A stretch of DNA of 64,000 bases from an uncultured Acidobacteriaceae bacterium (GTDB lineage: Bacteria; Acidobacteriota; Terriglobia; Terriglobales; Acidobacteriaceae): assembly GCA_963737665.1 (NCBI GenBank), contig CAVTTW010000017.1, forward strand, positions 161,759 through 225,758. The letters run 5' to 3'. Each line of letters starts with the position of its first letter. Position 1 is the first letter of the stretch. Below are positions 46,867-55,261 of the stretch, one piece after another. The translations under genes were made by a program, and so were the position numbers. The notes beneath the pieces are model-generated. The model saw only the letters and a program-made list of their open reading frames with translations. It was not told where the DNA came from and did not search any database.

Positions 46867-48234
46867 TTATCCTTCGTGATTCATGGTTAAGCCGCGATCA
46901 CGCTCTAGATAGCGAAAAATAAAATAGAGCGGCCATCCAATGAGGATCAGGGCTATGCCGAGCATCGCCTGCCGGAAGTAGACAACCAGATTCATCACGA
47001 CAATCCCCAGGGATGCGGCAACGAAGAAGATCGGCGTCAGTGGATATAGCGGACATAGGAAAGGCCGCTTCAGATCGGGCCGGCGCTTGCGCAACAGCAG
47101 TACCGCGGCGACGGCGAGGCCGTAAAAGATCCAGGAGGTAAAGACGTAGGAGGTAAAAAGCTCGCGGAATGAGCCGATGAGGGTGAACAGAATGGCCCAC
47201 GCTCCCTGCGCCACGGTGGCAATCACAGGGGCATGCGAGCGTTGGCTGACCCGTGCGAATTGTCGAAAGAAGAGACCATCGCGGGCCATGGCCAGGTTAA
47301 TGCGCGGCGCTCCGAGCATGACTCCGTTGATAGCGCCGAGAATGGAGACGATGATGAGGATGCTGATAAACAGGCCCGCTTGAGGACCAAGCGCCACTTG
47401 CACTGCCGCTGCCGCGACGCGGTCGGTTGCGCGGATAGCATCGGGTGTAAGTACTGCGTAGTAGGCCACGTTAGCGAACAGGTAGATCATCGTTGTCAGA
47501 AGTGTGCCGATGAGCAGGCTGCGCGGCAGAGTGCGCCCGGGATCGCGGATCTCGCCGGCAGTAAACGAGACCATGTGCCATCCGTCGTAGGCCCAGAGCA
47601 CGGCTACCAGCGCAACGCCGAACGGCGCCAGCGGCAAGTGATGAGCGCCCGCTATGAACAGGTGGCCTCCGATGAGCGCGGCGCTCCCTTTGGCATACAA
47701 CAGCGCAACCATTGAAACCAGACCGCCTACCTTGATGACGGTCAGCACGTTCTGAACCGTCTTGCCCATGGATACGCCGAGACTGTTGACCAAGGTAAAG
47801 AATGCGATGCACGAGACCTGCAGAACTTTCTGCTGCAGAGGCGACAGACCCAGCAGGGGCGCTGAGTAAAACCCGATTGCAGCCGCCATGGTCGCAATAC
47901 TGCCGGCGTGAATCAGGCTGACCGCACTCCATCCGTAGATGAAGCCAAGGGTTGGGCCATAAGCCTCGATGAGGTAAACGTAGAGACCTCCGGCGGCAGG
48001 GAAAGCAGCGCCCAGTTCGCTCAGCGACAGGGCGCCTGCGAGACTCAGCAGGCCACCGATGGTCCAGACAGAGATGACCGCGGCAATCGAATCGAGTTCG
48101 CGCGCGATGCTCCCCGCCATGAGAAAAATGCCCGACCCGATCATGATTCCCATCGTGATGGAGATGGAATCAAAGAGACCGAGCTGGCGTACCAGCGCGG
48201 CCGTCTGCAGCGGGGAATTCGCGACCTTGGGGAT
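46867..48234 (-). CDS. APC-family amino acid/polyamine permease; probable start at ATC 48234
   Basis: LVRQLGLFD..GIMIGSGIF, ELGAAFPAAGG.YVY, WAYDGW and RPFLCPLYP. Confidence 0.9.
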   Translation of the reverse strand: MPKVANSPLQTAALVRQLGLFDSISITMGIMIGSGIFLMAGSIARELDSIAAVISVWTIGGLLSLAGALSLSELGAAFPAAGGLYVYLIEAYGPTLGFIYGWSAVSLIHAGSIATMAAAIGFYSAPLLGLSPLQQKVLQVSCIAFFTLVNSLGVSMGKTVQNVLTVIKVGGLVSMVALLYAKGSAALIGGHLFIAGAHHLPLAPFGVALVAVLWAYDGWHMVSFTAGEIRDPGRTLPRSLLIGTLLTTMIYLFANVAYYAVLTPDAIRATDRVAAAAVQVALGPQAGLFISILIIVSILGAINGVMLGAPRINLAMARDGLFFRQFARVSQRSHAPVIATVAQGAWAILFTLIGSFRELFTSYVFTSWIFYGLAVAAVLLLRKRRPDLKRPFLCPLYPLTPIFFVAASLGIVVMNLVVYFRQAMLGIALILIGWPLYFIFRYLERDRGLTMNHEG

Positions 48235-48487
48235 AGAAACCTCCTTGAGCCTTTAAGGCAGCTTCGACTCTGCCCCAATGCGGAGAAATGCAGGATCTGA
48301 CTTCGCAGGGTGGGGACTTTACGGTATTCCCCGAAAGGCCTCAGGTCCAGGGAATTCCCTGTCGCCGGGGGAGGGCTCCCGATTGAGTCCACTATAAGCG
48401 AGAAGTGAATCAATTTTGACAGCGACGCGGAAATAAAGACGCACCGGCCGCACCAGGCCCAGGGCATCGCAGAACGTGATAGCGCGG

Positions 48488-48532
48488 CTGGACCCAGGAA
48501 CGCACCGCAATCTGGACCTTTACTGATACCAG
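48488..48532 (+). promoter_or_regulatory. Tripartite MocR-type operator, copy 2 (upstream of the TonB receptor, divergent from the APC permease)
   Basis: CTGG at 48488; CTGGACCTTTACTGATACCAG at 48512-48532. Confidence 0.8.
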
Positions 48533-48653
48533 CATTGCCAGTACCACTGGAAGAATCCAAGATCGCCGGACTTGTCATTCCTTCGCATCGGCCAAAACCT
48601 GCAGTTCCCGACAGACGGCAAGCAATTCTTTCCAGGAAAGGCGGACTCCAGTC

Positions 48654-51098
48654 ATGTTTATTCAGACATTGTTCACTAAGCGCTCATTCATATGCTCAGG
48701 AGTTTTGGCCTTTATCCTCGCGCTCACCGCGCCGGGACTCATGGGTCAGGATACTGCGGGGGCAACCTCTTCGACATGCACTGGCGGCGAAGGCGCCGCA
48801 TCGATCACGCTGCACGGGACCGTCACCGACCCCTCCCAGGCGATCCTTCCCGATGCAACCGTCATTGTGGAGTGCGGAAGCTTTCGGCGACTGACGCAGA
48901 CCAATGCCACTGGCGCGTACTCGCTGACCCTGCCTCCGGGAAGTTACCGCGTTCGTGTCGAGGCTGCGGGGTTCTCCGTCCAGATCCTGCAGGAATCATT
49001 GCTGAAATCGCAGACGAGCAAACAACAAGACATCATGCTCAGCGTCGTACCGGCCACGACCACCGTGAGCGTCACAGCCAATCCGGATTACGTGGCCGAT
49101 AACAGCAATACCGCGATGAAGACCAATACGCCGCTGATCGAGGCACCGCAGTCGGTCACGGTCGTGACCAGCATGCAGATGGCGGCGCGCGATGTGCAGT
49201 CAGTCGATCAAGCCATTAGTTACACCGCGGGGGTCGATCCCGAGCCCTATGGAAACGATCCTCGCATCGACTGGTTTTTCATTCGGGGATTTCCGCAGAC
49301 GGAAGACAGCCTCTATCTCGATGGACTGGGGACAACCAAGATTTATCAGCCCGACGCGCAGTTCACCGTACCTCCCTACGCCCTGCAGAGCATCGACATT
49401 CTCAAGGGACCGACCTCGGTGCTGTACGGCGCCAATGAACCGGGCGGCATGGTGAATCTGGTTTTGAAGCGTCCGCCAGCCGAGACCTCGAATGAACTTC
49501 AGTTTGAGGCGGGGAGTTTTGATCGCTACCAGGGCAGCATTGATTTTGGCGGTCCGGTAGTGGCGAACCGGCTGTACTACAGGCTCACAGGCCAGGTAAG
49601 GTCCAGCGGCAGCCAGGTGAATTACGCCGAGGATGATGCCGCCTTCGGCCAGCCATCCTTTACCTGGAAGCCGGACGAGAACACGACTTTTACCCTGCAT
49701 ATGGATTACTACGAAGGGCGCCAGGGAGCCATCGGCGGTTTCATTCCCGCGCAAGGCACCCTCCTTCCCAATCCGAATGGCAAGATTCCGACCAGTTTTT
49801 ATGATGCTGATCCGAGCTTCGACAAGTACCAGAAGATCGAATACTTCCCGCAGACCAACTTTGAACGGCGACTGAACAAGACCTGGACGGTGCGGCAGAA
49901 CATGCGCTTTGCGCACTTGGGCGTGCATTACAAAACGCTGTATGGAATCGGTTTTATCCCGCCGGATCTGCGCACTTTGCAGCGTGCCTCTTATCTCGCA
50001 TCCGTGAACGCATCGGAGTTCGCGATGGACAACCAGTTGCAAGGGAACTTCAGAACCGGCATCTTTCAACATACGGTGCTGGCGGGATTCGGATATCAAC
50101 GGCAGAACGCCCTCGACCAGGTAGGCTATCTGGGGTATGACTATCCCGGCGAAGTTCCACCGATCGATGTCTATGCTCCCGTCTACCACGTGCCAATCAC
50201 TCCTCCCCCGTACAACTCGATCAACACGACTGGCACGCTTGAGCAATATTCGGCTTACTTGCAGGATCAGATTCAAGTGAAGCACTGGACCGTCGCCCTT
50301 GGCGGTATGGAGGGCTGGGCGCCGTCGACGATACACGACGCACTTGCACAGGCGATCGACAAGGAGAACCCCAGCAAGTTCACAGGGCGAGTCGGCGTCC
50401 TCTATCACTCCGATGCGGGACTTGCGCCTTACTTCAGCTACGCCACCTCGTTCAATCCGATCCCGGGAGTAAACGCATACGGCCAGCCGTACGTTCCTGA
50501 CAATGGAGCGCAATACGAAGTAGGGCTCAAGTATCAGCCACGCGGCTTGAACTCCTACGTGACAGCGTCCGTCTTCCAGATTACGCAGAATCACGTTTTG
50601 ACCGTCGACCCGAATAACCCGTTCAATGAAGTGCAGACCGGCCAGATTCGCTCCCGCGGCGTTGAGTTGGAGGCGGTAGCGAGCCTTGTCAATCACCTCA
50701 ACCTTGTGGGCTCGTTTACACACGACCCCGTTGTGATTACCAAGGCCAATGACGCTTCGCTCGATCAGCATCCACTGGATACTCCGGAGAATCTCGCGTC
50801 GCTTTGGCTGGACTACACCCCAACGCGCTTTGGAGTTGGAGCAGGCGCACGATTCATCGGAATCAACCCGGCCAGCCCCGACAATACGCTCCTGGTTCCG
50901 GGACACACAGTGGTCGATGCCGAAGCACATTTCAATGCACACAACGTGCGCTACGCGATCTCCGCAGGCAACCTGCTCGACAAGGTCTATGTGGCCTATT
51001 GTTACGAGACTACGGCCTGCAACTATGGCGAGATCCGCACCATCACCGGCACTGTGAACTATCGCTTCGATTCGTTTCTGCACCCGTTCGCGCGATAA
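48654..51098 (+). CDS. TonB-dependent siderophore-type receptor with N-terminal carboxypeptidase-regulatory-like domain
   Basis: Plug TAMKTNTPLIEAPQSVTVV, FFIRGF and IDILKGPTSVLYG..PGGMVN; barrel end NLLDK.Y...R.ITGTVNYRF. Confidence 0.93.
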   Translation: MFIQTLFTKRSFICSGVLAFILALTAPGLMGQDTAGATSSTCTGGEGAASITLHGTVTDPSQAILPDATVIVECGSFRRLTQTNATGAYSLTLPPGSYRVRVEAAGFSVQILQESLLKSQTSKQQDIMLSVVPATTTVSVTANPDYVADNSNTAMKTNTPLIEAPQSVTVVTSMQMAARDVQSVDQAISYTAGVDPEPYGNDPRIDWFFIRGFPQTEDSLYLDGLGTTKIYQPDAQFTVPPYALQSIDILKGPTSVLYGANEPGGMVNLVLKRPPAETSNELQFEAGSFDRYQGSIDFGGPVVANRLYYRLTGQVRSSGSQVNYAEDDAAFGQPSFTWKPDENTTFTLHMDYYEGRQGAIGGFIPAQGTLLPNPNGKIPTSFYDADPSFDKYQKIEYFPQTNFERRLNKTWTVRQNMRFAHLGVHYKTLYGIGFIPPDLRTLQRASYLASVNASEFAMDNQLQGNFRTGIFQHTVLAGFGYQRQNALDQVGYLGYDYPGEVPPIDVYAPVYHVPITPPPYNSINTTGTLEQYSAYLQDQIQVKHWTVALGGMEGWAPSTIHDALAQAIDKENPSKFTGRVGVLYHSDAGLAPYFSYATSFNPIPGVNAYGQPYVPDNGAQYEVGLKYQPRGLNSYVTASVFQITQNHVLTVDPNNPFNEVQTGQIRSRGVELEAVASLVNHLNLVGSFTHDPVVITKANDASLDQHPLDTPENLASLWLDYTPTRFGVGAGARFIGINPASPDNTLLVPGHTVVDAEAHFNAHNVRYAISAGNLLDKVYVAYCYETTACNYGEIRTITGTVNYRFDSFLHPFAR

Positions 51099-51125
51099 GA
51101 CGCAATTACAAGTGATGTGCAGCGG

Positions 51126-52700
51126 CTATCGTGAAGGCGCAGGGATACGCAACATGCCGGCCGCCTTCACACGGATGCGCAGGGCGTCGCCGGCCATGTA
51201 GGCGATCGGAGTCTCGTCGACCTCGAGCATTTCGACAGTCGCGGGATCAGCGCCTGCGGCGATTACCCTGTCAGCGGCGAGCCGCTGTGCATCATCGACG
51301 GCTTGCTGTCGCCCGGTTTGCGCCAGAGAAAAGACCTGATCGATCGAACTGCTTACCTGGGCGATGGCCACACCGACAGCGTTGGCCACGTCGAAATGCG
51401 CCGGCCTGACAATCCGGGAAACGCCGCTTAGCTTCTCGGGAACGAGAATGCTGCCGCCGCCCACAACCACCAGCGGCACGTCCTCTGCGCTGGTCTTCAT
51501 GCGGTCCACGGCTTCTTCGAGCATGGCCTTCATACGGCATAATGCAGCATCGATGAGATCCGGTCCCAAATGCTTCACCAGGCCGGGATCACCGATGGCA
51601 GCTCGCCCTGCTGCAACAGCGATATCGGTGGCGGTAAGCTGATGACCCCCGAAGACCAAAGCAGACGTGCGGATGGCGGACCCGACGGTTTCGGGGCCAA
51701 TGGTCAACCGGCCGTCCGGCGTTGCGACAACACTGCCGCCGCCGAGCCCGATGGAGAGAACATCGGGCATTCTGAAGTTAGTGAGAACGCCGCCGATCTC
51801 CGATGCAACGGTCGATTCGCGGGGAAAGCCTTTGGCAAGAACTCCGAGATCCGATGTGGTACCACCAACGTCGAGGATCACAGCCTCGCGAAGGCCGCTG
51901 AGGTAGGCGGCACCGCGAATGCTGTTCGCGGGTCCTGATGCGATGGAGAAGACCGGGAAGCGCAGCGCATCGTCCAGTGCCATCAGGGTCCCGTCGTTCT
52001 GACCGAAGAAAACTTCTGCCGTGAGACCTAGCTCGCGCACAGCCGTTTCGAAGCCTCGCACCGCAATCCGCGCCACACCGGATAGAGCGGCATTCAGCGC
52101 CGTTGCGTTTTCTCGTTCCAGCAGATTCAGAGTTCCGATTTCGGACGAGATGCTGATGGGAATCTCCGCCCCCATCTCCTCGCGCAGGATGACTCGCGCA
52201 CGAAGTTCATGAGCCGCATTGACGGGTGAGAAGACGCCCGAAACCGCAACCGCATCGACTTGCCCCTTCATTGCGCGCGCGGCGTTCCGGATACCCCACT
52301 CATCGAGCGGAGCGATCTCTTCTCCGGTGAATTCATGGCCTCCGGTGAGAACATGGCGAGCCACCAATATCTTGTCTCGCAGGTCCGCGGGCCAGGTTGT
52401 GAGGGGAGGAATCGAAGTGGTGGCCGGAGCACCAAGGCGGATGACGCCGATGCGCACCAAACCTTGCCGGGTGATGATGGCGTTGGTGCAGTGGGTGGTG
52501 CTGAGCATCGCGAACCGGATCGAGCCTGGATCAAGGCCCGCACGGAGCAGGACAGAGTGGAGGGCAGATCGCACTCCGCTCTCCACATCGCTCGTAGTCG
52601 GCGATTTGTATTTGGCGACGACCTGGCCGCTGGAGTCGAGAATGACCGCATCCGTGTTCGTCCCGCCAACGTCGACGCCGATCCGATAGGTTTCGGGCAT
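51126..52700 (-). CDS. Hydantoinase/oxoprolinase family protein (HyuA-like ATPase subunit)
   Basis: IGVDVGGTNTD, LERENAT, SGPANS, DVGGTTSD, GLGGGS and ANAVG; ATG 52700 behind GAGGAG. Confidence 0.92.
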   Translation of the reverse strand: MPETYRIGVDVGGTNTDAVILDSSGQVVAKYKSPTTSDVESGVRSALHSVLLRAGLDPGSIRFAMLSTTHCTNAIITRQGLVRIGVIRLGAPATTSIPPLTTWPADLRDKILVARHVLTGGHEFTGEEIAPLDEWGIRNAARAMKGQVDAVAVSGVFSPVNAAHELRARVILREEMGAEIPISISSEIGTLNLLERENATALNAALSGVARIAVRGFETAVRELGLTAEVFFGQNDGTLMALDDALRFPVFSIASGPANSIRGAAYLSGLREAVILDVGGTTSDLGVLAKGFPRESTVASEIGGVLTNFRMPDVLSIGLGGGSVVATPDGRLTIGPETVGSAIRTSALVFGGHQLTATDIAVAAGRAAIGDPGLVKHLGPDLIDAALCRMKAMLEEAVDRMKTSAEDVPLVVVGGGSILVPEKLSGVSRIVRPAHFDVANAVGVAIAQVSSSIDQVFSLAQTGRQQAVDDAQRLAADRVIAAGADPATVEMLEVDETPIAYMAGDALRIRVKAAGMLRIPAPSR

Positions 52701-52701
52701 A

Positions 52702-53778
52702 CTAACGCTCCTCGCAGGGAACATGATCGAGGTCATAGCCAAAGTAGCGCGGCCCGGCCAAGGCAAGGCCTTGGGGCGTTCTCCACTTTGAATCGCAGGG
52801 GATGGCAAGAATTGCCACGCGCTGCCCGAATCGCAGACTTTCTGTGGTAATCGCCCGGCCGCTGGTTTCATCCAGAATGGAGATCAGGTCAGGAGTGCTC
52901 GCGACCGCTACGTCATTCTTCCATGCGACGATGTTCTCATTCTGAAAAGCCACGCGTACCCGGTCGCCTTCGAACGCTACAGCACCCGCGACGGTCACTT
53001 GCCCCAGAGCGAATCCGCGATCTGTACGACGCTGCAAGTCGCAAATTTTGCCGCGCACGATCAGGCGAGCGTTGAGCAGCGCGACAAGCGCTTCGACCGG
53101 ATCTGCCTTTCGCTTCCAGCTTTCCTGCATGCTATGACCGATCGACCATGCCCGGCTCACGGAACCATCGATCAGGGCCTGCTTGGCGGCGCTTCCGCGC
53201 ATGGCGTAGTTGCAGATGAAGGCGCTCCCTCCCATGCGCACAGAGATCACCCGCGCCAGCCGCTCGGCGGAGACATTATCCCGGCTCTCAAAGACCACGA
53301 CGTTGCCCTTTTCATCTGCCATGCTCATCGGCGTAGCGGTGATTCCAAACATAGTGGCAGTTGTCATCTGCACCTCGGGAAAGGCGCGGCCCATCATGTC
53401 GGCATCGATGATGGGGAGATGGAGCTCAACAGCAGCCGCCATTGGAACAAGCGAGTTGCCGCCGCCGATTTCACTTGGATAGAGACCAAATGCCCTGGCG
53501 CCAAGGTATTTCTCAAGAGCACCGACGGCACGCACAGCCTCTTCTCCGGAAGGAAGCTTTTCGAGAGTCACGGTGGGCGCTCCGATGACTGCGGGAGGAA
53601 TCAGCCATGCCTCATCGGGGACTTCCTTGAGGGAAAGAAGAGGAATAGGCCCATGCATTTCGATCGCCCGCTTCGCCGTCAGAACCGCGATGGCCGGATC
53701 GCCTCCGCCGCCCGAGCCGAGCACCGCCGCACCGAGAGCAATCTGTTCCACGGCTATCGCGTCTATCTGCCGTTGCAC
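52702..53778 (-). CDS. DUF917 family protein
   Basis: GAAVLGSGGGG, GAPTV..EK, EIGGGNS, DADMMGRAFPE, FQNEN, PDLI and GPRYFG; probable GTG start at 53778. Confidence 0.9.
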   Translation of the reverse strand: MQRQIDAIAVEQIALGAAVLGSGGGGDPAIAVLTAKRAIEMHGPIPLLSLKEVPDEAWLIPPAVIGAPTVTLEKLPSGEEAVRAVGALEKYLGARAFGLYPSEIGGGNSLVPMAAAVELHLPIIDADMMGRAFPEVQMTTATMFGITATPMSMADEKGNVVVFESRDNVSAERLARVISVRMGGSAFICNYAMRGSAAKQALIDGSVSRAWSIGHSMQESWKRKADPVEALVALLNARLIVRGKICDLQRRTDRGFALGQVTVAGAVAFEGDRVRVAFQNENIVAWKNDVAVASTPDLISILDETSGRAITTESLRFGQRVAILAIPCDSKWRTPQGLALAGPRYFGYDLDHVPCEER

Positions 53779-53941
53779 TCTGACCTTTCCTGACGATCCA
53801 TGTCGCTTCCACGCATTATTCGCGCTTATGACGGTCTTCTGTTCGAGTCTACCGGCATGGCCAGGCAGACTGTGCCATGGGTCAGTTCCGTGCTGGATGA
53901 CCGCAACACGGGGCTGCGTTGTCTCAGAGTGCACCGAACAT

Positions 53942-53986
53942 CTGGTATCAGTAAAGGTCCAGTTTTGCCTTGTGCATTGAGACCAG
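53942..53986 (-). promoter_or_regulatory. Tripartite MocR-type operator, copy 3 (upstream of DUF917-hydantoinase, divergent from DMT)
   Basis: Minus strand: CTGG at 53986; CTGGACCTTTACTGATACCAG at 53962-53942, identical to copy 2. Confidence 0.8.
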
Positions 53987-54249
53987 AAACGCCGGCTCGG
54001 TTCGGAGAGCACCTAGGGTCAGACGGCGGTTGGCAATTCTGTTGCGAGGTTAGGAGCGCGGCTGTTCCGAATCCGACCGAAGTCCCGAGCCGCGCCTTGG
54101 AGTTCCGCCAGCATGCATGAGACTGAGACGACAACTGCGGATGGTAGCTCTCCATTCTTTTGGACTGTTACTCTAAAACCGTACCGCACCCCGCTGCGCA
54201 CGCCCATTACCGTACAGGGAGGCCATGAGCCATGGCACGCAACTAGCGA

Positions 54250-55170
54250 ATGAAGCCTTCGGTTTCTGATTTCGAAGCTATCGGCCTTGCGCTGGCCGGA
54301 TTTACCTTTTGGGTGCTGGCCGACAGCACCATCAAAATGATCGGAAGATCGACGCTTCCGGCCTATGAGATCATCGCTTTTCTAGGTCTGTCGGTCGTAA
54401 TCTGTCTCGCCGCATACGCTGTCGCGCGCGGCGAGGCACGGTTGCTGTGGCCTCAAAATCCCCGATTTCAGGCGGTTCGTTCCTGCCTCGACCTGGCCAA
54501 CAATCTCTGCGTTGTGATCGCCCTGCGGCACGTGCCGTTGACCATGTTCTACATTCTCATCTTCACGGCGCCGATGCTGATCACACTGCTCGCTGCCATC
54601 TTCCTCAAGGAGAAGATCGAGGCGCGCAAGGGATTGGCCATCATCGCCGGATTCGCAGGCGTGGTGATCGCCGTCAATCCCTTCGGCTCCTCGCAGCCGG
54701 GAGACTGGGCTGGCTATGGGGCGTGCGCGGTTTGCGTCACATGCTTTTCCATCAACATGGTCTGGTCGCGCGTTCTCACCCGCACCGAAACCCCTGAGAG
54801 TTTGACCTTCTTCTCCGGGATGGTCATGATCGTTGCCGGATTTTGCGCCATGCTCTGGCACGCGCAGCCGCTCGGTGTGCGGCTTCTGGCGGCGCTGTTC
54901 GCGGCCGGCGCCTTTTGCGCCTTGGGAGGCATCTGCTTCTTCGTGGCGCTCAAGCACACATCGGCGGCGAACGTTTCGCAATACCACTACACGCAGCTGG
55001 TTACCGGCGCCCTGGTCGCCTACCTTGTGTGGCACGAGGTGCCGAGCCTCTCGATGGTGCTCGGTGGATCCCTGATCATTGTTTCCGGACTCTACATCGC
55101 CTTTGTGGCGACGCGTGTTCGCAGCGAAGCACTGCGACCGGCGCGCCAGGAAAATCGGCTACCCGAGTGA
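54250..55170 (+). CDS. DMT/EamA-family transporter
   Basis: About ten TM helices; FTAPML..LLAAIFLKEK and HYTQLV..YLVWHEVP. Confidence 0.88.
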   Translation: MKPSVSDFEAIGLALAGFTFWVLADSTIKMIGRSTLPAYEIIAFLGLSVVICLAAYAVARGEARLLWPQNPRFQAVRSCLDLANNLCVVIALRHVPLTMFYILIFTAPMLITLLAAIFLKEKIEARKGLAIIAGFAGVVIAVNPFGSSQPGDWAGYGACAVCVTCFSINMVWSRVLTRTETPESLTFFSGMVMIVAGFCAMLWHAQPLGVRLLAALFAAGAFCALGGICFFVALKHTSAANVSQYHYTQLVTGALVAYLVWHEVPSLSMVLGGSLIIVSGLYIAFVATRVRSEALRPARQENRLPE

Positions 55171-55261
55171 GATCGAATCGCGGCTGCCAGGCAAGAGCTA
55201 TCTGAGTTCGCGGCGGCTGAGATTCTTCAAGATCGTGCGGCGCCGGAAGGATTCGGCATTG

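Noticed and set aside
48380-48653. Fur box upstream of the TonB receptor
   Set aside because: Only a weak AT-rich stretch (AAGTGAATCAATTTTG); no convincing match to GATAATGATAATCATTATC by eye.
49200-51083. 627-aa minus-strand ORF
   Set aside because: Antisense shadow of the TonB receptor.
54160-54180. Fourth copy of the MocR operator before the DMT gene
   Set aside because: TTGGACTGTTACT matches only part of the first half; it lacks the CCAG arm and the upstream CTGG at 24 bp.
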